Shown one piece after another: positions 24,407 to 31,432 of a stretch of 32,000 nt of DNA. Numbering within the stretch: the first letter of the stretch is position 1; each line of letters opens with the position of its first letter. The translations under genes were made by a program, and so were the position numbers. This DNA is from Nostoc sp. PCC 7120 = FACHB-418 (GTDB lineage Bacteria; Cyanobacteriota; Cyanobacteriia; Cyanobacteriales; Nostocaceae), in assembly GCF_000009705.1 (NCBI RefSeq), contig NC_003272.1, positions 360,001 through 392,000 of the forward strand. Reading direction: 5' to 3'. Below the pieces are notes generated by a model. The model did not search any database. It had not been told where the DNA came from and saw nothing but the letters and a program-made list of their open reading frames with translations.

Positions 24407-24757
24407 TTATGCTTCCTCTGAGTTCTCGCTCTTATGTCCTGGGGAAGATTCATAAAGTGCATCCAATTGTTGACGCGCATCTTCCACATTAATTGAACGC
24501 ATGACCAACAGAGGTTCTTTGATAAATTTACCTGCACTATCTAATAATTCTGGGTGTGGAGCTACCCGTCTGTTAGACGATAAATAACCGTAGCCTCCCT
24601 GATTTGAGAGTTGTGAGTTTCTGGTTGAGTAATTCCCACCCACGCCAGAGCGTGACCCATCCCGATCAAAACTAAACATGATTAAGTTGCGAATTAAATT
24701 TGCAACAGCTATAACAGCAAGAATTGTAAAAGCTAGAATGTAAAGCAGGTGTAACAT
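24407..24757 (-). CDS. small conserved cyanobacterial membrane protein (I recall DUF2973-type; unverified)
   Basis: 116 aa from the ATG at 24757, which has GGAGGA 7 nt upstream; the track TTG start at 24781 was trimmed. It has one N-terminal TM helix (LLYILAFTILAVIAVANLI) followed by a G/S/N-rich region. Confidence 0.6.
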   Translation of the reverse strand: MLHLLYILAFTILAVIAVANLIRNLIMFSFDRDGSRSGVGGNYSTRNSQLSNQGGYGYLSSNRRVAPHPELLDSAGKFIKEPLLVMRSINVEDARQQLDALYESSPGHKSENSEEA

Positions 24758-24997
24758 CAGATTTTCCTCCAGGGACAGCAATTTTTAAAAAATCTATACT
24801 TTAAACTCTTTTTTTCGCCTCTTGATTACCATTGGCGAGGATAAATACTTGACACAATTGAAGTGCATTTATGTCTATGTATGTAAATTTGTCAACATTA
24901 TTTCAATAATGGTAACATAGAATACATTATTTTTTAATTAAAATAATGTTAAGGATTTTGTCGCACCACTGCAAGCTATATGATTTTTTGGCATCTT

Positions 24998-25315
24998 TTA
25001 GGTTGCTTGCTGAGAACGAAAGCGTGCTGCCACATTCCAACATTCAGTTACTAATTGATGCCAAGGTGTCATCGTTGCCATATCAATTCCAACTTGTCCC
25101 TCAGTCGCGTTAAACAGCATTTTTGCTGTGTTGAGTTCTTCTTGGGCTTGCTTAACTCGCAACAGTAAGTCTAATTGCGCTTGTTCATCCATAAATGAGA
25201 GCCGTTCTGTTTCCAAAAATTTACGCGATCGCGTAAACCAATACTGGAAATCGTCTAACAACGGTTCTAGTACTGTCTTTAGCAGATCAGTTCCCGATAA
25301 GTTCGAGTCTGACAT
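24998..25315 (-). CDS. small conserved cyanobacterial protein (I recall DUF2605-type; unverified)
   Basis: 105 aa from the ATG at 25315 (MSDSNLSG...); the track ORF starts at an upstream TTG. It is helical, containing LEPLLDDFQYWF and TPWHQLVTECW. Confidence 0.55.
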   Translation of the reverse strand: MSDSNLSGTDLLKTVLEPLLDDFQYWFTRSRKFLETERLSFMDEQAQLDLLLRVKQAQEELNTAKMLFNATEGQVGIDMATMTPWHQLVTECWNVAARFRSQQAT

Positions 25316-25453
25316 AAATGAGAGAGATACTTCTAATTTCTTTATCAATATTAACTCTATTTACGTTTCTTAACATTACTATACGCTATCTCTCAAGAAA
25401 TATCTCAGGCTTATTGGTGGATATAAATAAAAAATTATACTCAGTAGCTTGGT

Positions 25454-25481
25454 GACTGTTGATGGTTGACCGTTGACTGTT
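25454..25481. repeat. Degenerate STRR3-type heptamer array (GACTGTT GATGGTT GACCGTT GACTGTT).
   Basis: Four consecutive heptamers in the divergent spacer upstream of thrS. ACTGTTG is the reverse complement of CAACAGT. Confidence 0.7.
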
Positions 25482-25670
25482 TTGATTATGTTGAATGAAA
25501 AAACCTCGGATAATCTTTAGAATTTAAAGATAGTCATTGTCATATTCCTCTGATGTAAAAGTACCTTGATGACGAGGGAAAGCTTACACAGCAGGAACAT
25601 AAGCTCATGTTATATTTGGGTAGATTTTGAAAACTTCAATTGATCATTTACTCTTGCAGTCACTTCGCTA

Positions 25671-27518
25671 ATGGTTCAGCAGCTAATGTCGCCTAATCAA
25701 GACCCCAACAACCAGCCAGAACAACCAGAAAAAATCTATTTACCGCGTACCAGCGAATCAGAAACATTGAAAAAGATTCGCCATACGGCTTCCCATGTAA
25801 TGGCAATGGCAGTACAGAAGCTGTTCCCTAAGGCGCAAGTGACAATTGGCCCCTGGATTGAGAATGGGTTTTATTACGACTTTGATAGTCCAGAGCCGTT
25901 TACTGATAAGGATCTCAAAGCCATTCAAAAAGAGATGGTGAAGATTATTAATCGTAAATTGCCAGTGGTGCGGGAAGAAGTGAGCCGAGAAGAAGCGGAA
26001 CGGCGCATTCAGGAAATCAAGGAACCTTATAAATTAGAAATTCTGGCAGATATTAAATCAGAACCGATCACAATTTACCACCTGGGAAATGAATGGTGGG
26101 ATTTGTGCGCCGGGCCTCATGTGGAAAATACCAAAGATTTAAATCCCAAAGCAATTGAATTAGAAAGTGTGGCGGGTGCTTATTGGCGGGGAGATGAAAC
26201 CAAAGCCCAATTACAACGAATCTATGCTACGGCTTGGGAAACCCCAGAACAACTAGCCGAATACAAGCGCCGCAAAGAAGAAGCCCTACGCCGTGACCAC
26301 CGTAAACTGGGTAAAGAACTAGGATTATTTATCTTTTCGGAACAAGTGGGGCCTGGTTTACCTTTGTGGACACCAAAAGGCACTTTGTTACGCAGCACCT
26401 TAGAACAATTTCTCCAGCAGGAACAGCTCAAGCGTGGTTATTTGCCTGTAGTTACCCCCCACATTGCCAGAGTAGATTTATTTAAGACTTCAGGACACTG
26501 GCAAAAATATAAGGAAGATATGTTTCCCCTGATGGCTGAGGATGAAGCAGCCGCAGCAATTGAGCAAGGCTTTGTCCTCAAGCCAATGAATTGCCCCTTC
26601 CACATCCAAATATATAAGAGTGAATTGCGTTCTTATCGGGAACTACCAATGCGCTTGGCTGAGTTTGGGACTGTTTACCGTTACGAACAGTCAGGGGAAT
26701 TAGGTGGTTTAACCAGAGTGCGCGGTTTTACTGTTGATGATTCTCACTTATTCGTGACCCCAGAACAGTTAGACAACGAATTCCTGAATGTAGTGGATTT
26801 GATTTTGTCAGTGTTCAAAAGTCTGCAATTGAAAAACTTTAAAGCTAGACTCAGTTTCCGTGACCCAGCTAGCGATAAGTACATCGGTTCTGATGAAGTT
26901 TGGAACAAAGCCGAAGGTGCAATCCGTCGTGCGGTGGAACAGTTGGGGATGGAACACTTTGAAGGGATTGGGGAAGCGGCATTTTATGGCCCGAAGTTAG
27001 ACTTTATTTTCAGCGATGCTTTAGAAAGAGAGTGGCAATTAGGAACTGTACAGGTAGATTACAACTTACCAGAACGGTTTGATTTGGAATACGTAGCGGA
27101 AGATGGAACTCGCAAACGTCCCGTGATGATTCACCGTGCGCCTTTCGGTTCCTTAGAACGGTTGATTGGGATTTTAATTGAAGAGTATGCGGGAGATTTC
27201 CCTCTATGGTTAGCACCGGTGCAAGCTAGATTGCTACCTGTAGGAGAAGCCCAGCTAGACTTTACCAAAGATGTAGTAGCAAAATTGCGATCGCTTGGTA
27301 TTCGTGCTGAAGTTGATACCAGTGGCGATCGCTTAGGTAAACTCATCCGCAATGCAGAGAAAGATAAAATACCAGTGATGGCCGTAGTAGGAGCCAAGGA
27401 AGTAGAAACCAACTCCTTAAGTATCCGTACCCGCGCTTCTGGAGAGTTGGGAGCTATACCTGTGGATGAAGTGGTGCAGAAGATGAAGGATGCGATCGCT
27501 AACTACGAAAACTTCTAG
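25671..27518 (+). CDS. thrS: threonine--tRNA ligase (editing N2 domain + class II catalytic core + anticodon-binding domain; no TGS domain)
   Basis: 615 aa. Editing-site motifs are HTASHVMA and DLCAGPH. Class II core motifs are FRDPASDKY-type regions, RVRGFTVDDSHLF and MIHRAPFGSLERLIGILIE. The C-terminal anticodon-binding domain contains PVMAVVGAKE. Confidence 0.93.
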   Translation: MVQQLMSPNQDPNNQPEQPEKIYLPRTSESETLKKIRHTASHVMAMAVQKLFPKAQVTIGPWIENGFYYDFDSPEPFTDKDLKAIQKEMVKIINRKLPVVREEVSREEAERRIQEIKEPYKLEILADIKSEPITIYHLGNEWWDLCAGPHVENTKDLNPKAIELESVAGAYWRGDETKAQLQRIYATAWETPEQLAEYKRRKEEALRRDHRKLGKELGLFIFSEQVGPGLPLWTPKGTLLRSTLEQFLQQEQLKRGYLPVVTPHIARVDLFKTSGHWQKYKEDMFPLMAEDEAAAAIEQGFVLKPMNCPFHIQIYKSELRSYRELPMRLAEFGTVYRYEQSGELGGLTRVRGFTVDDSHLFVTPEQLDNEFLNVVDLILSVFKSLQLKNFKARLSFRDPASDKYIGSDEVWNKAEGAIRRAVEQLGMEHFEGIGEAAFYGPKLDFIFSDALEREWQLGTVQVDYNLPERFDLEYVAEDGTRKRPVMIHRAPFGSLERLIGILIEEYAGDFPLWLAPVQARLLPVGEAQLDFTKDVVAKLRSLGIRAEVDTSGDRLGKLIRNAEKDKIPVMAVVGAKEVETNSLSIRTRASGELGAIPVDEVVQKMKDAIANYENF

Positions 27519-27526
27519 TAATTACT

Positions 27527-27547
27527 TAGCTGGGTATGACCCAGCTA
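27527..27547 (+). terminator. Stem-loop just after the thrS stop.
   Basis: TAGCTGGGT-ATG-ACCCAGCTA, a 9-bp perfect stem with a 3-nt loop, 9 nt after the stop. An A-run follows rather than a T-run, so terminator function is uncertain. Confidence 0.35.
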
Positions 27548-27674
27548 GAAAAACTCAATCTATAAAGTCCCATATCTTTTGCCGCAATTACTAGATGAGA
27601 TTTAGTGTATCTAAATTGACGATCATAACTCAGTAAAGTTATAGTTGCGATCGCAAATATTCATAGGCAGAACA

Positions 27675-28145
27675 ATGGATTTTTCTCGTCTGGAATATAT
27701 CAAGAACGTCAATGATGATGACAAATGGGCATATAAAGACTACCCTATTGGAGCTTACTTCCCATTAAACTTTAAAAAGAGTGAAGGAAGTGTAGGAGTA
27801 GATAGCCATGCCTTAAATTTACCCAAAGGAGCATTTATCATCCTGTCCCAAAAACACTTTGATCACAAGCGTTATTTGACACACATAGTTGAACTGGTGA
27901 ATGAAGGAAGCGAGGATCGACCCCAATGGGATGAATCAGATACTTGGGGTATTTTTAGATGGGTCAAAGTTCATTGGGTCGCCGATTTCAACAATCCTAG
28001 TAACATTCCTCTTGATCAAGAAGTATCGCAAGCAAATTGGGGTTGGTTCAATACGCAAGAAAAATCACTAAATAGCGAAAACCTGATGTCTCACTGGAAA
28101 AACATCGAAAGTTTGAGAACACATTTGCAGGCAATTTTTAAATAA
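27675..28145 (+). CDS. hypothetical protein, no recognisable family
   Basis: 156 aa from the ATG at 27675 (the track TTG at 27645 was trimmed). It is Trp-rich (WAYKDY, WDESDTWGIFRWVKVHWV, NWGWF), with no TM segment or signal peptide. Codon usage looks ordinary. Confidence 0.55.
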   Translation: MDFSRLEYIKNVNDDDKWAYKDYPIGAYFPLNFKKSEGSVGVDSHALNLPKGAFIILSQKHFDHKRYLTHIVELVNEGSEDRPQWDESDTWGIFRWVKVHWVADFNNPSNIPLDQEVSQANWGWFNTQEKSLNSENLMSHWKNIESLRTHLQAIFK

Positions 28146-28195
28146 TCATAGTCATTTTTTCGCTGGGCAATTTACAGTCGAAAAAATTAAATTAA

Positions 28196-28561
28196 CTAAC
28201 CTATTTCGTCTGTATTGAATGCTCCATCATCCTGCGTGTCAACCACTAAATCCAAAGTAAACATCAAAGCTTGTTTAATTTCGAGCATTGTTTCCTTTGA
28301 AAGTTCACCCAATTTGCGCTCCAGCCTTACAGATGGGATGGAACCTAGTCCTTGCACATTGGCAACAGAACCTTGCCGTAAAAACGATAGAACAGGAAGT
28401 TCAACCTCGTATGCACTACCTCTATTTTGTGTCGTTATAGGTATATAGATAACCAAAGCGCGTGGCGGAGTCAAATCATAGCGAGACACAATAACGACAG
28501 GGCGTGCTTTAGCTGCAAGTCCTAAATCAACTAGCCATACTTCACCGGGTTTCGGGTTCAT
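28196..28561 (-). CDS. type II toxin, PemK/MazF-family endoribonuclease-like
   Basis: 121 aa from the ATG. PGEVWLVDLGLAAKARPVVIVS and IPITTQ...EV.L...GSVANVQGL follow the MazF/PemK SH3-like barrel pattern. The start overlaps the upstream small gene by 20 nt. Confidence 0.75.
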   Translation of the reverse strand: MNPKPGEVWLVDLGLAAKARPVVIVSRYDLTPPRALVIYIPITTQNRGSAYEVELPVLSFLRQGSVANVQGLGSIPSVRLERKLGELSKETMLEIKQALMFTLDLVVDTQDDGAFNTDEIG

Positions 28562-28727
28562 CAATCAGATCCAAAACTTCCTGCTCGACTATCCTAGAAC
28601 GAAGAATATCTAACGCATCTTGGTCTGCTAGTTCAATAATTTCTGCAAGGCTCTGCCGCACCTGTTTAACAATCTCTGGCTGCCATTGGCGCATCTTGGT
28701 ATCTAGTTCTTGAATGAGGGCATCCAT
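28542..28727 (-). CDS. putative cognate antitoxin of the MazF-like toxin
   Basis: 61 aa, helical and acidic. It lies immediately upstream of the toxin and overlaps it translationally. The assignment is by position only. Confidence 0.55.
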   Translation of the reverse strand: MDALIQELDTKMRQWQPEIVKQVRQSLAEIIELADQDALDILRSRIVEQEVLDLIDEPETR

Positions 28728-28790
28728 GTCAAGTTTTCACAAAAAATACTATTTTGATTCTATATCCTAATTCAAATATTATGTAAATCG

Positions 28791-29018
28791 TTACTCAATA
28801 ATTTCATCATATTGATTGCTATCATCTTCAGATAATTTTTCCATATCCTCCAATACATCAGACAAAGTTTTTTCATCTAACCATTGATGACATTCTTTGG
28901 TGTAGTCTCCTTTACCGGGACTGAAATATTGGATAAACCGAATAGTATCCGCAACTCCCAAGGAATTGATTAAGGCATCATATCCTTGTTTAATAATTTC
29001 ACTTTGGGTTTTCATCAT
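28791..29018 (-). CDS. small acidic conserved hypothetical protein, antitoxin-like
   Basis: 75 aa containing GVADTIRFIQYFSPGKGDYTKECHQWL and a strongly acidic tail (EDMEKLSEDDSNQYDEIIE). I recognise the RFIQ.FS.G.GDYT pattern as recurrent in small cyanobacterial proteins, but I cannot name the family. Confidence 0.5.
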   Translation of the reverse strand: MMKTQSEIIKQGYDALINSLGVADTIRFIQYFSPGKGDYTKECHQWLDEKTLSDVLEDMEKLSEDDSNQYDEIIE

Positions 29019-29299
29019 TGCTTTCTTCAGCTTGTATTACTTCAGCTAGCCATTGTACGGGATTATTGATCTTAACGTTGATTAATTGAGAGTTATTTTT
29101 AACTTTTTTGAAGAGTCTGTCATCTGTTGTCAATCAAAAGAATAAAAGAATAACACTAACTAATAAATCCTATCTCAACTCAAATTAGCTTCTAAATGAC
29201 TTAGACATAAAAAATATCTCAGGCGATCGCCCCCATAATTTTCCAGACTAATCTAGAATTAAACTGGATGAATTTGCTACACCTTCCTACTCATATCCA

Positions 29300-30490
29300 A
29301 TGCCTAGCCTCAAACTCTCGCTGACTGGATTGCAAATCATCAAACAAGCTCGAAGCGAAAAAGGTTGGACAATTGATAATCCATGTTGGTTAGAACAAGC
29401 AAGCCAAATTCTTGAGCCTGGGCGTAACTGGGAAAATGCGGAAGTTTTTGCAGCCGGAGTATCTTTAGCCACCTGGAAACGCTTCCTCAAAGGTGATGCA
29501 ATTGATGCGTCGGTATTTAAAGCTTTTTGTCAGGTTTTGGGATTGAATTGGCAAGACTTAGTGGAACGTCCCTCCAACTCATTCATCATTGAGACAACCC
29601 AAATCCCCAATATTCCCTTATTTTTTGGACGACGTTATGAACTGACAACACTCAGCCAAGCAATTGAACAAGGAACACGCCTAATTGCTATTACAGGGAT
29701 TGGGGGTATGGGGAAAACGGCTTTAGCCACAAAGTTAGTAGAAAGCAGGTCATCTCATTTTTCTCAAACTCTATGGTTTTCGTTTCACCACAACCCACCT
29801 GCTAAGGATAAAGTACCAACTTTGGTACCGCACAACCTAATGGTTTTTGATGGTTGGGATAGCATTTTAGGGGGTAAACGTGGGGGACAGTATCGCCCAG
29901 AATATGAACCATACGCCGACTTTCTCCGCACTGTAGTACAGACTACTCATAATAGTTGTGTGATTATCACTAGCCGAGAACAACCAGAGGGGTTAAATAT
30001 TTTAAGTGCTGGAGGCGCAGTTATTTTCCCCCTTGGTGGACTGATGGAAGGTGCAATTGAACTGTTGCAACATCATCAACTGACTTTTGATGCTCAACAG
30101 TGGATTACTCTAGTTAATCAATATGGTGGTAATCCCTTGTTTCTGAATATGGCGGCTAATTTCATTCATGAATTATTTGCTGGGGATGTGGGAGAGTTTT
30201 TAGCCTCTGGAACCTTAGTGGCTGGAGAATTTGCCCCCCTAGTAACGCAATGGCTGAAGCAGATTTCTACTTTAGAACAAATCCTGATCAAGTCTTTGGC
30301 GACAAAGGTGCAAGGATTGACTCGCCAAGAGATCCTATTGCAATTAGCTAGTGATGCTGCCAATGGGGATATTTTAGCAGCGCTCTTATCCTTAAAGCGG
30401 AGGGGGTTGATAGAAACGATGAAAGATAGTGAACTAGAACGCTTTTATTTACAGCCAGTCATTCTCAAGTGCGTGCAGCGTTTATTTTAA
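29300..30490 (+). CDS. minimal STAND NTPase: N-terminal HTH-like module + NB-ARC-type P-loop NTPase + winged-helix-like C-terminus, with no repeat sensor domain
   Basis: 396 aa.
- Walker A GIGGMGKT (nt 29696-29719).
- Walker B LMVFDGWD.
- IITSRE.
- GGNPLFL (GxP-type motif).
- LSLKRRGLIE near the C-terminus.
- The N-terminal SLATWKRFLKGDAIDASVFKAFCQVLGLNWQDLV module resembles N-termini of cyanobacterial NACHT/WD40 proteins. Confidence 0.75.
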   Translation: MPSLKLSLTGLQIIKQARSEKGWTIDNPCWLEQASQILEPGRNWENAEVFAAGVSLATWKRFLKGDAIDASVFKAFCQVLGLNWQDLVERPSNSFIIETTQIPNIPLFFGRRYELTTLSQAIEQGTRLIAITGIGGMGKTALATKLVESRSSHFSQTLWFSFHHNPPAKDKVPTLVPHNLMVFDGWDSILGGKRGGQYRPEYEPYADFLRTVVQTTHNSCVIITSREQPEGLNILSAGGAVIFPLGGLMEGAIELLQHHQLTFDAQQWITLVNQYGGNPLFLNMAANFIHELFAGDVGEFLASGTLVAGEFAPLVTQWLKQISTLEQILIKSLATKVQGLTRQEILLQLASDAANGDILAALLSLKRRGLIETMKDSELERFYLQPVILKCVQRLF

Positions 30491-31359
30491 CCACCACCAC
30501 CGCCGCCACCACCGCCGCCACCACCGCCTCCTCCTCCACCACCACCGCCACCATCACTGCTTCCATCACTTCCGTAACTAACACTAACACCACCACTTCC
30601 ACGGAAAAAGAAAATAAAGAATAAGAACAGTAAAAATCCCCACAATATCAACTGACTCCCATCAGTAAAAGATTGTGAACTTTGCCAAATTGGAGCTTTT
30701 ATCTCAGTTCCTGTGGGATCAAATTTCACCTGAATTTCTAATTCTTCCCCTGGTTCCAGAGATGTTTGGGCAACAGCCTCAACTGTATTTGCATCTACTT
30801 TACGGACGTTGGCAGCTACACCAAAGCTTTGGAAATCTTTGATATTATTAGCCAATTGTTCAGGAAATTTTACTCTGACTCGTGCCTGTTTAATAGGGGC
30901 TTGACGGTCAGCAAAAATGGCTTTCCAGTAGACTTGAGCATCATTATCGTTGACGTGTAATCCACCAACAACGCGATATTTCAAGACGAAAGTATGGCTT
31001 TCAGGCGCTTTAAGTTGATGTTCCCAACGAATCCAAAGTTGGTTATTTTCCGTACCTGTTTCGCTGGGTAATAATTGACCATTTTCTGCTACTGATACAT
31101 CGGTAATTTTGTCTACTTTATCAAGGGGAATGTAACGATAGCGTTGATTTTTATAGTCTCCGGTAAATGTATATTTCTGAGTTTCGGTAACATACATATC
31201 ACCGTTAGTTTGTACGGCGATATCAACATTCATAAATTCCCAATAGAAAGGCACTGATTGAGCTTGGACATGATTGAGAGAAAGCCCAAGACTACAAAAG
31301 AGAGCAACGCAAAATAGACACAATCTTTGGATGGTTTTATTCCACATAGTTTGAATCAT
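30487..31359 (-). CDS. short DUF2207-like exported/membrane protein with a poly-Gly tail
   Basis: 290 aa. It has a signal peptide (LFCVALFCSLGLSLNHVQAQ), a DUF2207-like N-domain (MNVDIAVQTNGDMYVTETQKYTFTGDYKNQRYRYIPL), one TM helix (LILWGFLLFLFFIFFF) and a tail of 21 Gly. Its stop overlaps the convergent STAND gene by 4 nt. Confidence 0.65.
   Translation of the reverse strand: MIQTMWNKTIQRLCLFCVALFCSLGLSLNHVQAQSVPFYWEFMNVDIAVQTNGDMYVTETQKYTFTGDYKNQRYRYIPLDKVDKITDVSVAENGQLLPSETGTENNQLWIRWEHQLKAPESHTFVLKYRVVGGLHVNDNDAQVYWKAIFADRQAPIKQARVRVKFPEQLANNIKDFQSFGVAANVRKVDANTVEAVAQTSLEPGEELEIQVKFDPTGTEIKAPIWQSSQSFTDGSQLILWGFLLFLFFIFFFRGSGGVSVSYGSDGSSDGGGGGGGGGGGGGGGGGGGGG
30490..30552 (-). repeat. Imperfect trinucleotide (GGN)21 tract encoding a C-terminal poly-glycine tail.
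   Basis: The + strand reads ACC/GCC/TCC codon complements without interruption for 21 codons directly after the stop at 30487-30489. Confidence 0.9.
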
Positions 31360-31374
31360 TGATTACTATTAGTT

Positions 31375-31399
31375 AATTTTGAATTTTGAATTTTGAATT
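31375..31399. repeat. AT-rich heptamer array (AATTTTG)x3 plus a partial unit.
   Basis: Read directly in the 73-nt spacer between the symporter stop and the DUF2207-like start. Confidence 0.8.
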
Positions 31400-31432
31400 G
31401 ATTAATTCCTAGCGTTGGTTAGCTAAAAACGC

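Noticed and set aside
24924-24949. 26-nt palindrome ACATTATTTT-TTAATT-AAAATAATGT between the two small conserved genes.
   Set aside because: It is almost pure A/T, so the stem would be very weak, and such symmetry is common in AT-rich spacers. It is noted but not called as a terminator or operator.
28154-28187. ATTTTTTCG...CGAAAAAAT inverted repeat between the orphan gene and the MazF-like toxin gene.
   Set aside because: The 9-bp stem is dominated by A-T pairs and has a 16-nt loop. It may help terminate the convergent genes, but it is too weak to call.
25128-30960. Other embedded ORFs (25128-25373, 26222-26431, 27010-27216, 27131-27412, 28215-28448, 29287-29490, 30166-30363, 30766-30960).
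   Set aside because: Each lies antisense within a better-supported gene (the DUF2605-like gene, thrS, the MazF-like toxin, the STAND NTPase or the DUF2207-like gene).
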